DNA of 64,000 bases from Candidatus Omnitrophota bacterium (GTDB lineage: Bacteria > Omnitrophota > Gorgyraeia > 2-01-FULL-45-10): assembly GCA_041661345.1 (NCBI GenBank), contig JBAZUO010000003.1:28719-92718 (forward strand), written 5' to 3'. Under the pieces are notes generated by a model. The model worked only from the letters and a program-made list of their open reading frames with translations. It was not told where the DNA came from and did no database searches. The first letter of the stretch is position 1. Every line of letters starts with the position of its first letter. Shown here piece after piece: positions 18,381 through 28,265 of this stretch. Both the position numbers and the translations under genes were made by a program.

Positions 18381-18479
18381 ACAACTACCCCCTTTCAAAT
18401 TTTCGAAGAATCTCTCCTTCGTCACTTTAACTATACATTACCTGCGGTTAAAATAAGGTTAGAACAATATTAAATTATT

Positions 18480-19928
18480 CTAATGTAACGGCAAGGATAT
18501 AATAAATATTGTGCCTTTAGAGGGTTCGCTTTCGACCTTTATGGAACCGTTATGCGAGTCCACTATCGACTTGGCTATGCTCAAACCAAGGCCGAATCCG
18601 ACATTGGCCCTGGCCTTATCGGTTCTGTAAAACCTGTCAAATATATGGTCAACCTCTTCTTTCGTCATTCCGGCACCCGTGTCCTCGATCCTGACCACCG
18701 CCGACGGCCCGGACTTTTGCGATATTACCGTTATTCTGCCGCCCGGTTCGGTATACTTTATGGCATTATCAAGAATATTAAGGAGAAGCGCCTTCATCTG
18801 GCTTTCGTCCGCATCCAAAAATAACGGCTCATTCGCCCTGCAGGATAAATTTATATTTTTCGGTTCGGCTAAGGATTTGACATTTTTGGCTATTCCGCGG
18901 ACGATCAGATTGAGGTCAAGCCTCTTCTTCTCCGGGAATACCTCCTTCGATTCAAGCCTGGCCAGAAGGAGCAGATTTCCTGCGAGCCTCACGACCCTGT
19001 CGACTTCCTCTAGGGCGCTTTTTATTACAGATTCATACTCTCCCTGAGAACGCAGTTTCTTCAGCACCACTTCAAATTCTCCCTTTATTATGGTAAGCGG
19101 CGTCTTGAGTTCATGAGATAGGTTCTCGAAAAGCTTCTTCTGCGATATGAATGCGTACTCCAGGCGCTCAAGCATGCTGTTAAATGTCTCGGATAGCTTC
19201 TGGATCTCGTCTTTCGTGTTTGGGCTTTCTAATCTCAGCCTCATATTCTCAGCCGTGATCTGATGTATCGTATGTATCATCCTGTCGACCGGTCGAAGCG
19301 TGACCTTTGCCAGAAACGCGCCCATTATTCCGGTTAAGAGCACGGTGATAGGAAACAATATAAAAAGAGCCACCTTGATATTGTTAAGCGCTATCTGCAG
19401 CGGCGTAAGGGAGCTCGCGACCTGCACGATATATGCAACTTTTTCGTCCTCAAAAACCGGCGTCGTATATACCCTCATCGATCCTAATGTATCGAATCTG
19501 GCTTTGCCCTGGAGAACGGATATGAAGTCCCTGCTCGGGATCTGAGTAAGTCCATGTGTATTTTTGGATGAGGCTATCGCCGTACCGTCCGTATCAAATA
19601 CGGTGACTATTATACTCAAGAGTTCGGGGTCCTTTGACTCCTCTCTTACCCAGTTCTGGGCAACTTTCGTAAAATTGAAATTGCGCCTTTTAGTTAAAAC
19701 TTCATCGGGTTTTACACCGCTCGCAAGGGTCTCCAGGTTCGACGTCTCCCAGTATGTGTTAATAGCCTTTGATATACCTCCGGCTTTTGACTTCAGCAGA
19801 ATATCCATATTGTTACGCAGGCCCTGGGAGACATTATGATACAATACGGCGCTGAATGACGAGATGGTCAGCGCAAGGATCGCCATATACAGGATCGTTA
19901 TTTTGAAGCGGATAGATCTTAAGAACAT
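18480..19928 (-). CDS. Sensor histidine kinase (2 TM, HAMP, HisKA, HATPase_c)
   Basis: SHELKTPLT is the H-box, LLNILDNAIKYT the N-box, and DTGAGM / GFGLGLSI the G-boxes. There are two hydrophobic segments. Confidence 0.85.
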   Translation of the reverse strand: MFLRSIRFKITILYMAILALTISSFSAVLYHNVSQGLRNNMDILLKSKAGGISKAINTYWETSNLETLASGVKPDEVLTKRRNFNFTKVAQNWVREESKDPELLSIIVTVFDTDGTAIASSKNTHGLTQIPSRDFISVLQGKARFDTLGSMRVYTTPVFEDEKVAYIVQVASSLTPLQIALNNIKVALFILFPITVLLTGIMGAFLAKVTLRPVDRMIHTIHQITAENMRLRLESPNTKDEIQKLSETFNSMLERLEYAFISQKKLFENLSHELKTPLTIIKGEFEVVLKKLRSQGEYESVIKSALEEVDRVVRLAGNLLLLARLESKEVFPEKKRLDLNLIVRGIAKNVKSLAEPKNINLSCRANEPLFLDADESQMKALLLNILDNAIKYTEPGGRITVISQKSGPSAVVRIEDTGAGMTKEEVDHIFDRFYRTDKARANVGFGLGLSIAKSIVDSHNGSIKVESEPSKGTIFIISLPLH

Positions 19929-19938
19929 GAATGCCTTC

Positions 19939-20607
19939 TCACTCTTTCAAGGTGTAGCCTCTGCCGCGGATCGTATGGATCAGCTTCTTCGAGTGCCCTG
20001 CGTCGACCTTCTTTCTGAGATAATTGATATATACGTCTATCACATTAGTGAAGGTATCAAAATCGATATCCCAAACGTGCTCAGAGATCATCGTCCTTGT
20101 AACCACGGTTCCGGCGTTACGCATCAGGTATTCCAATAACGCGTATTCCTTAGCCGTCAAGATTAACTCCTTTCCCGCCCTCGTCACCCTGTGGGAGACA
20201 AGGTCAAGCAAAATATCGCCGATTTCAATCTTCGTAGCCTCTTTGGAACCCTTCTTCCTCAATATGGCGCGTACACGGGCAAGCAGTTCTTCGAATACAA
20301 AGGGTTTTGTAATATAGTCGTCGGCACCGGCGTCAAGACCGGCGACCTTGTCTTCAACGGTGTCCTTTGCGGTCAACATTATGATAGGAACATGGATTTC
20401 TTCTTTTTTCAGGTTTTTGCAGAGGGTTATACCATCGATCTTTGGAAGCATGAGGTCTAAAAGGATGAGGTCATAGCTATTGGTCTTCGCGAGGAACTGG
20501 CCCTGTTCACCGTCGTAAGCGGTGTCGACGGCGTAGCCTTCCTCTTTGAGACCGCGTTTTATGAAATCGGCGATTTTTTTCTCATCTTCTATGACTAAGA
20601 TACGCAT
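19939..20607 (-). CDS. OmpR/PhoB-family response regulator
   Basis: MRILVIEDE..DLILLDLMLP (receiver domain with a phospho-accepting Asp) plus the C-terminal winged helix LTAKEYALLEYL..IRGRGY. Confidence 0.9.
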   Translation of the reverse strand: MRILVIEDEKKIADFIKRGLKEEGYAVDTAYDGEQGQFLAKTNSYDLILLDLMLPKIDGITLCKNLKKEEIHVPIIMLTAKDTVEDKVAGLDAGADDYITKPFVFEELLARVRAILRKKGSKEATKIEIGDILLDLVSHRVTRAGKELILTAKEYALLEYLMRNAGTVVTRTMISEHVWDIDFDTFTNVIDVYINYLRKKVDAGHSKKLIHTIRGRGYTLKE

Positions 20608-20651
20608 GAATTCGCCTTAAATCCGAAACTCAAATATCGAAATTCGAATTT

Positions 20652-22259
20652 TTATTTCAGTTTATTGAACCACTCTATGAGAATCTTCTCGCCCTTCTTG
20701 CCTCTTAATGTATAACCTAGAGGGCCTATGTCGGGCCTCGGAAAGTAGTTCCACCAGTAGAAGCCTTTAAACCACGGCCGCTTCGTAAGGACCAGGAAAA
20801 GCGCTTCAAGGCAGTTTGCCTGTTCGTCCTGGCTCTCCCTGTATTTCGCCATCGTCGGCAGTACACGCCATGGCTGCTTGTTCGAACCTTCTATCGCATC
20901 GTATCCGACCTCGGTAAATATTACCGGCTTATTCAATCCACTGGCCTTAAGCCATGCCTCTATAGTATCGGCGTTCTTCTCCCAGCCGTTTATAAGCTCT
21001 TCTTTGGTAGGGTTTGTCTTGTCGGTAAGCGGGAAGTACGCATCCATTCCTATATAATCGATGGCGCTCCAGAACGAAACCGACTCATACTCATCCCAAT
21101 TCGCCGCGTACGTTATTGGCCCTTTATAGACAGCCCTGATCGCGGCTATGATATCTAACCACTGGGCCTTCCATTTCGAAAACGATGTATTCGACAGCTC
21201 TGTACCGATGCATAGTAGTTCCACATTGTACTTTGCCGCAAGCCGCGCGTAATGCAGGATAAACTCTTTGTAACTCGCGAACCATTCATCGCTGGCGATT
21301 ATATTAGTCCGCATCTCACCGTCTGCGAGATCCACGTGAGGCTTCAACATCACCTTCATGCCGAGGGCATGCATCGTATTTATTGTGTGCCCCAAAGATT
21401 CATCATTCGTGGTCTTTTCGGGATCGGTATAAATCTTCTTTGAAGCGGCATCCGCCTGATACCAAACGGCCATCAGCGCTATATGTTTGACACCCAGTTG
21501 CGATAGATATATAAGGCTGCAATCCGATAGATCCCCGGCAAGCTCTTCCGATCTCCACGAAGTGTAGTTGACGCCCTTCTGGAACTCTTTCAGCGTTATC
21601 GGATCGGGCGAGGCAACTATTGTCCCCCCTATCTTCTTCAAAAGCTTTTCTCTCTTATCCTCAAGTTCGATCTTCTCTTTGCTCGATTTAAAGATCTCTT
21701 CTTTAGGCAGCTCCCCGGGATTCTGCGCTTTTGGCCCATATGGCTCTATTTCCCAGATGGAAATGCCCCAGTCGGCATTCGCGCGTTTCATACCGACTAC
21801 CTTTATATATCTTGCGGTAATGGGTGCGAACTTTATATCGCTGGTATCCCCTTTTTGGCTCTTCAAAGATATAAGGCTATTCCAGGTGACGGCGTCACCC
21901 GAAGTCAGTATATCAAAATCCGTCGCGTAAGCCTGCTCCCATTTTATGGCCAGCCTCGATATCGTTTTCGGTTTGCCGAGGTCGAGATATATCCATTCGC
22001 CGTCTTTATATCCGCTAGACCACCTCGTCTCCATGTCGCCGTCGGCCACTGCCATAGCATCTGGCCTCGGCGCCCAATCCGGGCTTTCGTCGAACCCGGA
22101 GGCGACCGCATGCTCGACCTTAAGATATATAAGTTTTCCGGCATCGTTCTCTGCTATGGAAGGGGCCTTGGATTCTTCAGCCGCCTGGCACGATAAGCAT
22201 GAAAGTGCCAATATAAGCGCACTCATGCACAACATAACTTTTTTCACTCTTAGTCCCAT
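20652..22259 (-). CDS. Secreted F5/8 type C (CBM32-like) domain + clan GH-A-like glycoside hydrolase
   Basis: Start moved to ATG 22259 (AAGGGAG 7 nt upstream, lipobox-like LALSCLSC). DGDMETRWSSGY..WIYLDLGKP..I..L.IKWE is the discoidin pattern. The C-terminal half is paralogous to 16653..17690 (MKVMLKPHVD, LLCIGTELS, VIFTEVGY, GFYWWNY). Confidence 0.7.
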   Translation of the reverse strand: MGLRVKKVMLCMSALILALSCLSCQAAEESKAPSIAENDAGKLIYLKVEHAVASGFDESPDWAPRPDAMAVADGDMETRWSSGYKDGEWIYLDLGKPKTISRLAIKWEQAYATDFDILTSGDAVTWNSLISLKSQKGDTSDIKFAPITARYIKVVGMKRANADWGISIWEIEPYGPKAQNPGELPKEEIFKSSKEKIELEDKREKLLKKIGGTIVASPDPITLKEFQKGVNYTSWRSEELAGDLSDCSLIYLSQLGVKHIALMAVWYQADAASKKIYTDPEKTTNDESLGHTINTMHALGMKVMLKPHVDLADGEMRTNIIASDEWFASYKEFILHYARLAAKYNVELLCIGTELSNTSFSKWKAQWLDIIAAIRAVYKGPITYAANWDEYESVSFWSAIDYIGMDAYFPLTDKTNPTKEELINGWEKNADTIEAWLKASGLNKPVIFTEVGYDAIEGSNKQPWRVLPTMAKYRESQDEQANCLEALFLVLTKRPWFKGFYWWNYFPRPDIGPLGYTLRGKKGEKILIEWFNKLK

Positions 22260-22275
22260 TTTATTCTCCCTTATT

Positions 22276-23142
22276 CTATGTTTTTTCATACCCCTTAAGC
22301 CCCGTCATCGCTATTCCCTTCATGAAATACTTCTGGAACAACAGGAAGACGATGAGCATCGGCGTCGTCGCCACGACTGCGCCTGCCATGACCATCGCGA
22401 ATCTCGTGCCGAACTGGCTATTGATCACGGATAGGGCGAGCGGCAACGTGCGCATCTCACTCGAGTTTATCACTATGAGGGGCCATATGAAGTTGTTCCA
22501 TTGCTGCAGGAACGTCAATATCGCCAGTGTAGCGAGGACCGGTTTTATTAGGGGGAGTATGACGAGCCTGTAGATAGTAAATTCGCCGCAGCCGTCTATC
22601 TTAGCCGCGTCTATCAGATCGTCGGGTATAGCCATTATGAACTGCCTGCACAGAAATACGCCGAAGACGCTTGCCATGACCGGAATTATCAATGCGTTAT
22701 ACGAATTGAGCCAGCCTAGCTTCCTCATAAGTATGAATCCTGAAATGAGGTTGACCTGCCATGGTATCATGAGCGAGCCTAAGAGGACAAAGAATATCTT
22801 ATCACGGCCCCAAAACCGGTGTTTTGCGAATGCATAACCCGCCAGTGAACAGAAGAATAAGTTGGCGATGGTTACGGCAGCCGCGACGTATATGGAGTTC
22901 CAGATGTACCTAAGTATCGGGATAAGCTGGAATAGATCCTGATAGGGAAGTATGGTCGGATGCTTCACAATAAAAGAAGGCGGGTATGACTGCACCTCTT
23001 CGACGGGTTTTACGCTGGTGACGAACATCCAGACATAGGGAACCGCTATGGAGATCGCGCCGAGGATGAGAAACACGTATATCGCGCTCTTTATCGCGGC
23101 ATTATGGGACCACTTGCTCTTCCGAAATTCCATATGGTTCAT
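22276..23142 (-). CDS. ABC sugar transporter permease (MalG/BPD_transp_1-like)
   Basis: Start moved to ATG 23142, 4 nt after the upstream stop. Six hydrophobic helices and the EAA-like loop IDAAKIDGCGEFTIYRLVILPLIKP. Confidence 0.8.
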   Translation of the reverse strand: MNHMEFRKSKWSHNAAIKSAIYVFLILGAISIAVPYVWMFVTSVKPVEEVQSYPPSFIVKHPTILPYQDLFQLIPILRYIWNSIYVAAAVTIANLFFCSLAGYAFAKHRFWGRDKIFFVLLGSLMIPWQVNLISGFILMRKLGWLNSYNALIIPVMASVFGVFLCRQFIMAIPDDLIDAAKIDGCGEFTIYRLVILPLIKPVLATLAILTFLQQWNNFIWPLIVINSSEMRTLPLALSVINSQFGTRFAMVMAGAVVATTPMLIVFLLFQKYFMKGIAMTGLKGYEKT

Positions 23143-23146
23143 TATA

Positions 23147-24778
23147 TCAAAAATGGCGGACGATATCAACTAACCTCGGTATTATCTTCTCAACCCCTAT
23201 CCGCACTATTTCCCTCGCCCTCTCTAGCGAGTCGGCAATAGCATAATTCCTGAACTCCGGCGCGTTTCCGGATGGCCTGAGATGCGATATCTCACCATTG
23301 TCAAAAAGTATTTTTATGCCGTCTGTATAATTTATATTCTCAACTTTTTCAAAACCATCATCATTGAGAAATATTTCTTCTATTCTCTTTTTAATAATTT
23401 CGAGTTCTTCCCGGTCATTCAAATCTTTAGGGGTTAAATAACTTATTATAGCCTTGCTCGTCTCCATAGGAAATTCTTTAATTCTGTCCGAATGTGTAAA
23501 CCTTTTGGGGAGTGTTTTTAAAAATTGCGAAACGTCTTTACCGCTTTTTACGATCAGATGTATGACGCTTAGAAGCGGAAGCACCGCATCTCTGGTAGGC
23601 AGCGCTTTAAGGGTTTTATCTCCTATTCTTAAATCGGTCCCTGTTAAAAAACCGCCATTCGATTCCCATGAAAAGACATTCCATTTACCCGGATGGCTGG
23701 CGATGGAATCATTCATCGCGGCAATAACATAAGGGGAGCCTATCCTGGTCTGGGTCAATTCTATGCCCTTGTCCCTGCAGATCCTTTCGATAGAATCATT
23801 TGCGCTGACAGGAACACACACGGCATCTATCTTTATATTTAATTTTTCCAAACCCAATATAGCAAGTAATCCTAAAATATCGCCGGTTATATATTTTACA
23901 AGGTCCATCGGCTTACCTTTTTCATATTCCCTGTAAACCAGGAGCGGCCTATCCGAATCACCATCTAATGTTATCCCGATATCAATATTATTATCTACGA
24001 GAACACTCTTGAAGAGCGATAAAGTCTTATCGGAAACGCTTTCGGTGTCAACCGGAACAAACCTCTCACTTCTTAATGATTCATCGCCTATCCTAATATC
24101 AGGCGCAAAGACTTCGGCGCCTAAACTTTCAAAGATCCCCTTTACAATGTCTCTGCCGACAGCAGAATGTTGATATAGAAATATCTTCGTCTCTTTTGGA
24201 AAAAATTTATTGCCGAACACGTTTCTATATCTATCTATATATAATTCGCTGGCCTTGCCTGCATAAGACTCATCCCTTAAGAGCTTTGTAAACTTGGACT
24301 CGCATGTTGCCTTAAAAGTTCCATTTTTATCAAAAATCGAATCTTCGCCGGCAATGGAATAAACTTTTATCCTAATTTTTCTTACATTTTCCAAAATACC
24401 CGGCTCATCAGATTTTAATATTTCGCCTGTTCGTTTTGTAAATTTTATCCCATTCCTGTCAGCCGGTATATGACTGCCCGTAACCATGATGCTGGCCATA
24501 TTATTGCGCATTGCGTAATTTGCTAAAGCAGGGCTGGGGACTTGGCCTTGATCGTCTACCATGCCACCCATATCGCGGATAGCAGCCGCGACAGCCCTTT
24601 TTATCTTATACGTACTGGGCCTTCTGTCTCCGCCTATTACTACAGTATCGCCTTTTTTAAATTCTCCGCATCCAGCAAGATACGCAATAAAACCTCTGGC
24701 GTTGATATAGCATTCCATATCGGTCATATTTTCGACCGTATCTCTCAATCCGCTTGTACCGAACTTTAATTCATCCAT
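23147..24778 (-). CDS. Alpha-D-phosphohexomutase superfamily enzyme (PGM/PMM-like, divergent)
   Basis: Start moved to ATG 24778 (MDELKFGTSGLRD), because the longer N-terminus is encoded by the terminator hairpin. TGSHIPADRNG is the phosphoserine loop, TLDGDSDRP the metal loop, and RPSGNAPEFRNY the phosphate-binding loop. Confidence 0.8.
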   Translation of the reverse strand: MDELKFGTSGLRDTVENMTDMECYINARGFIAYLAGCGEFKKGDTVVIGGDRRPSTYKIKRAVAAAIRDMGGMVDDQGQVPSPALANYAMRNNMASIMVTGSHIPADRNGIKFTKRTGEILKSDEPGILENVRKIRIKVYSIAGEDSIFDKNGTFKATCESKFTKLLRDESYAGKASELYIDRYRNVFGNKFFPKETKIFLYQHSAVGRDIVKGIFESLGAEVFAPDIRIGDESLRSERFVPVDTESVSDKTLSLFKSVLVDNNIDIGITLDGDSDRPLLVYREYEKGKPMDLVKYITGDILGLLAILGLEKLNIKIDAVCVPVSANDSIERICRDKGIELTQTRIGSPYVIAAMNDSIASHPGKWNVFSWESNGGFLTGTDLRIGDKTLKALPTRDAVLPLLSVIHLIVKSGKDVSQFLKTLPKRFTHSDRIKEFPMETSKAIISYLTPKDLNDREELEIIKKRIEEIFLNDDGFEKVENINYTDGIKILFDNGEISHLRPSGNAPEFRNYAIADSLERAREIVRIGVEKIIPRLVDIVRHF

Positions 24779-24788
24779 AAGTTTCCCT

Positions 24789-24825
24789 AAAAAGCCGTAG
24801 GGGAGGTTTGAACCTCCCCTACGGC
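24789..24825 (-). terminator. Rho-independent terminator downstream of the GPH symporter gene
   Basis: On the minus strand: GCCGTAGGGGAGGTT / AACCTCCCCTACGGC (15-bp GC-rich stem) followed directly by TTTTT, 22 nt after the stop at 24848. Confidence 0.75.
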
Positions 24826-24847
24826 GAAGACTGAACAAGACAACTAC

Positions 24848-26302
24848 TTAAACCGTACCCCTGCGTTCCTCAAGGCTGGCGCGGATTTCTTCGGATTTTT
24901 GTTTTGTAAGAGGTATACGCAAAACAAAAATAATAGCAACGATCAGGCCCACGACCGGTAGAGAAGCAAGGCTTGCGCGGATCCAGAATATAGTCTGAGG
25001 CGCCTGCACATTAACTTTCCAAGTAAACCCCGACCATGTCAGAATAAGCCCGGAAACATAATACCCGAGTGAGTTTCCCAGTTTAAGTATATAGGAGCCG
25101 CAGGCGGTGAAAGACCCTTCCCTTCTCTTTCCCGTATTGAGCTCGTCGTAGTCCTGGATATCGGCACCGATAGCGCTATGGAGCATCCACAGAGACGCCG
25201 CGGCCATTCCCATCAATCCCGACGCGATCGTCTGCATCCATTTAACCTCCGGCGTATACAAAAACCACGAACCGCCGTAACCGCATATACCTATGAGGCA
25301 TGCTACTACTGCCGCCTTACGTTTGCCGATCTGATCCGCTATAAGCTTATGCACCGGCACCCCTATAAGGCCGCCCACCATGAAAGCCACACCCATCCAA
25401 AACTGCCAATTATCTCCGAGTATTCTGTTGCCTTCGGCTACGTAAAAGACCGTAGCATAGTAACCGAGCGAACCCACCATGCTCGTGCCCAGAGTGAAAG
25501 CGCCGCCCATGACCATTAGCTGACGGAACGGCTTACACCTGAGCGTCTCCCATAAGGAGCTCATGATGGAAATCTTCTCGGTGACCTTCACCACCACCGT
25601 ATGGTAGTAGCGTTCTTTGACCCTGAAAAAGATGATTACGGCAAAAATAGCCATTACCACACCCAATATCATCGTATAGATCCGCATTCCCAAAAGGGTA
25701 TTCTTTTGCGCTGTTCCGGGAACAAGGAACCAGGCCAGGTTGGTAAACCGCAAAGCGTAAAAATTACCCAATTCCGAAACCTTTTGGGTCATACTGCGAT
25801 AGGACATGATGGAGGTGCGCTCGTGATAATCAGGCGTCATCTCCGCACCCAAACTATAATAAGGAACGGTAAAGCAACTAACTATCGGATAATAAAGCAT
25901 GGTTGATACGATCATATACCAAAATACCGCGGAGATGCCGAGGAATTTCGCGTCAGCCCAGGACGGCGACACTAAAAACAAGACCGGCAGGCATAGCCCC
26001 GCTAAAATACCCCCGATCAAAATGAACGGGCGCCGGCGACCCCATTTGGTACGCAAATTATCGGAGATCCATCCCACTATAGGATCGATAAGGGCATCCC
26101 AAATGCGGATCAATGTAAGCGCCAAACCCACCAGCCACGGCTCAACGCCCAGATACATGTTGAAGACCGCAAAAGCAACGGACGGATACAGCCAGAGGCC
26201 CCACATATCGACTGCCGTACCAAGACTGTAAGCCATTTTGGTAGGCCTCGGAACGCGATCCCGCAGAGGTTTCTTACCACTAACTGCTTTATCTTCTTGC
26301 AT
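24848..26302 (-). CDS. MFS transporter, glycoside-pentoside-hexuronide (GPH):cation symporter family
   Basis: 484 aa with about 12 TM helices. DALIDPIVGWISDNLRTKWGRRRPFIL is the hallmark GPH loop 2-3 motif. Confidence 0.85.
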   Translation of the reverse strand: MQEDKAVSGKKPLRDRVPRPTKMAYSLGTAVDMWGLWLYPSVAFAVFNMYLGVEPWLVGLALTLIRIWDALIDPIVGWISDNLRTKWGRRRPFILIGGILAGLCLPVLFLVSPSWADAKFLGISAVFWYMIVSTMLYYPIVSCFTVPYYSLGAEMTPDYHERTSIMSYRSMTQKVSELGNFYALRFTNLAWFLVPGTAQKNTLLGMRIYTMILGVVMAIFAVIIFFRVKERYYHTVVVKVTEKISIMSSLWETLRCKPFRQLMVMGGAFTLGTSMVGSLGYYATVFYVAEGNRILGDNWQFWMGVAFMVGGLIGVPVHKLIADQIGKRKAAVVACLIGICGYGGSWFLYTPEVKWMQTIASGLMGMAAASLWMLHSAIGADIQDYDELNTGKRREGSFTACGSYILKLGNSLGYYVSGLILTWSGFTWKVNVQAPQTIFWIRASLASLPVVGLIVAIIFVLRIPLTKQKSEEIRASLEERRGTV

Positions 26303-26337
26303 TGCGTTTTCCCTCTTTCCTTTTTACAGATCTTTTC

Positions 26338-27279
26338 TTAACGATTATGACATGCATCGATAAGCCGCTGCAAACTTGTAGTGGCCACGCATTGAACCGT
26401 ATCAGCACCGCCGTAATAAATTTTGACCTCGCCGTCATCCTCCACCACAGCCCCGCAGGTAAAGACGACACTCGGAGTCTGCCCAACAAGCTCATAAAGC
26501 TCTTCAGGAATAAGGATCGCGTCCTGGGCCATAGCCTTGACTTTTGACGGGTCCTTTAAATCCAAAAGACAAACACCTAATTGATAAACAAAATGCGAAT
26601 GACATTGAGTGCGCACTCCGTGAAAAATAGTCAGCCACCCATCAGGTGTTTTAATAGGGACGGCTCCCGCTCCGATCTTTTTCCAGGCCCAGCGAATACC
26701 CTCCCAGTTCCTGAATACGCATTCACTCTTTCCCCAAAATATCAGGTCCGGCGAATAGGAAATCCAGATATCCCCGGTATCGGCTCCGGTATTGGGCCGG
26801 TCAAGGCGCGCATATAGTCCATTGATCTTCTCCGGGAAAAGCACCCCATTGCGATTATCTGTTTCGGAAATAAATCCCATCCATTTATACTTCTTAAAGT
26901 CCTCTGTCTTTACCAGGCTCAACCGGCAGGTGTGACCGCTGTGCGCGGCATGGGTTATATAATACGCATTCCCGAGCTTTGTTACGCGCGGATCGTAATA
27001 CATACTGGAGGCGTATTTATTAAAGACTGGGTCCTCATGGGGCATATCTACCGGCTTTGGCCACGGTTTAAAACTATAACCATCCGTACTCTCCGCGATC
27101 CAAAAACGGTCAAGTAAAGCGGAATTCTCCACCCGGCATACCATCAGATAAACATCATTGTATTTCACGATGCCGGAATTAAAAACATATTTAATATCGG
27201 CCTCGGCGGGAAAATCCTTGCCTGTCAGGATAGGATTGCCCTTATATCGCTTGCATATAGGATATTTGTTTGTTTTCAT
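26338..27279 (-). CDS. GH130 glycoside phosphorylase (beta-mannoside phosphorylase family)
   Basis: Start moved to ATG 27279 (GGAAAGTGGAG upstream). NPILTGKDFP, VFNSGIVKYNDVYLMVCRVE, DPRVT, NGVLFPEKINGLYARLDRP, GWLTIFHGV and IYYGGADT are colinear with GH130. Confidence 0.85.
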   Translation of the reverse strand: MKTNKYPICKRYKGNPILTGKDFPAEADIKYVFNSGIVKYNDVYLMVCRVENSALLDRFWIAESTDGYSFKPWPKPVDMPHEDPVFNKYASSMYYDPRVTKLGNAYYITHAAHSGHTCRLSLVKTEDFKKYKWMGFISETDNRNGVLFPEKINGLYARLDRPNTGADTGDIWISYSPDLIFWGKSECVFRNWEGIRWAWKKIGAGAVPIKTPDGWLTIFHGVRTQCHSHFVYQLGVCLLDLKDPSKVKAMAQDAILIPEELYELVGQTPSVVFTCGAVVEDDGEVKIYYGGADTVQCVATTSLQRLIDACHNR

Positions 27280-27353
27280 CTCCACTTTCCTCTCTTTTAA
27301 ATGTTTTGAAAGTATAACACCTTCAGAACTATTTGTCAATAAATGGGTTTTAA

Positions 27354-28265
27354 CTAATACTCAACCTTCGTTTTTACGAACTTTATGTTAATTATAGTTA
27401 TTATGAATACCACCGCGAATACTATATAACCCAACGCAGAGGCGTACCCCATCTGGAATTTCCTGAATCCCATGTCGTAAAGGTAGGCAACCACCGTGAG
27501 TGCGGAATCGAGAACGCCTCCGATGCCGAATTCGGTCTCCGTCATAATGTATATCCTCTCGAATACCTGAAATGAAACAATGAACCCCATTATGACGACG
27601 AATACCATCGTCGGCTTCAGGAGAGGAACTGTTATGTTCCAGAACTTATCCCATGTATTGGCGCCGTCTATGTCCGCCGCCTCGTAAACCGTCGCGGGGA
27701 TAGTCTGGAGGCCGGCTAAAAAGAGTATCATATTGTAGCCTATGCCGGACCATATCGACATTATCATGATAGCGGGAAGCGTCAAGGTGGGGCTCATCAA
27801 CCAATCCACCGGTTTAAGACCGATCAATATCAGAAAATAATTGATGAGGCCGTATTTTTCGCCGGCGAAGAGCCATTTCCATATGACCGATAACGCGATA
27901 ACGGATGTTACGGATGGTATAAAGTATATGACCCTGAAAAAATTCTTACCTTTTATCTGCTGGTCAACCGCAATGGCAAGGAGAAGCGAGAGCACCACGC
28001 CAGGCGGGATGACACCAACTGTATAGAATATTGTGTTGTAAATCGATTTCCAGAAACGCGGATCATTCGAAAATATCGTCTTATAATTAGCAAGGCCAAT
28101 CCATTTAGGCGCATGGATGCCGTCGTATTCGGTGAATGACCAGTATAGGGAAGCTATTAAGGGGCCCAGGACAAATATGAGGAATAGAAGCACTGCCGGC
28201 GCAATGAAGATGTAGGACATCTTCTGTCCATTAAGCTTCTCGAAAATCCCTTGTTTTTTCTTCAT
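27354..28265 (-). CDS. ABC sugar transporter permease (MalF-like)
   Basis: Six TM helices and the EAA loop YEAADIDGANTWDKFWNITVPLLKP. Confidence 0.85.
   Translation of the reverse strand: MKKKQGIFEKLNGQKMSYIFIAPAVLLFLIFVLGPLIASLYWSFTEYDGIHAPKWIGLANYKTIFSNDPRFWKSIYNTIFYTVGVIPPGVVLSLLLAIAVDQQIKGKNFFRVIYFIPSVTSVIALSVIWKWLFAGEKYGLINYFLILIGLKPVDWLMSPTLTLPAIMIMSIWSGIGYNMILFLAGLQTIPATVYEAADIDGANTWDKFWNITVPLLKPTMVFVVIMGFIVSFQVFERIYIMTETEFGIGGVLDSALTVVAYLYDMGFRKFQMGYASALGYIVFAVVFIITIINIKFVKTKVEY

Noticed and set aside
20640-20651. Perfect 12-bp palindrome AAATTCGAATTT upstream of the response-regulator gene
   Set aside because: It is short and AT-rich, abuts a stop codon, and has no second copy in the window. 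This is insufficient to call a binding site.
24779-24838. Longer N-terminus (MFSLRRRGGSNLPYGFLGKL) for the phosphohexomutase
   Set aside because: These codons are the two arms of the terminator hairpin read as protein. The conserved family N-terminus begins at MDELKFGTSGLR.
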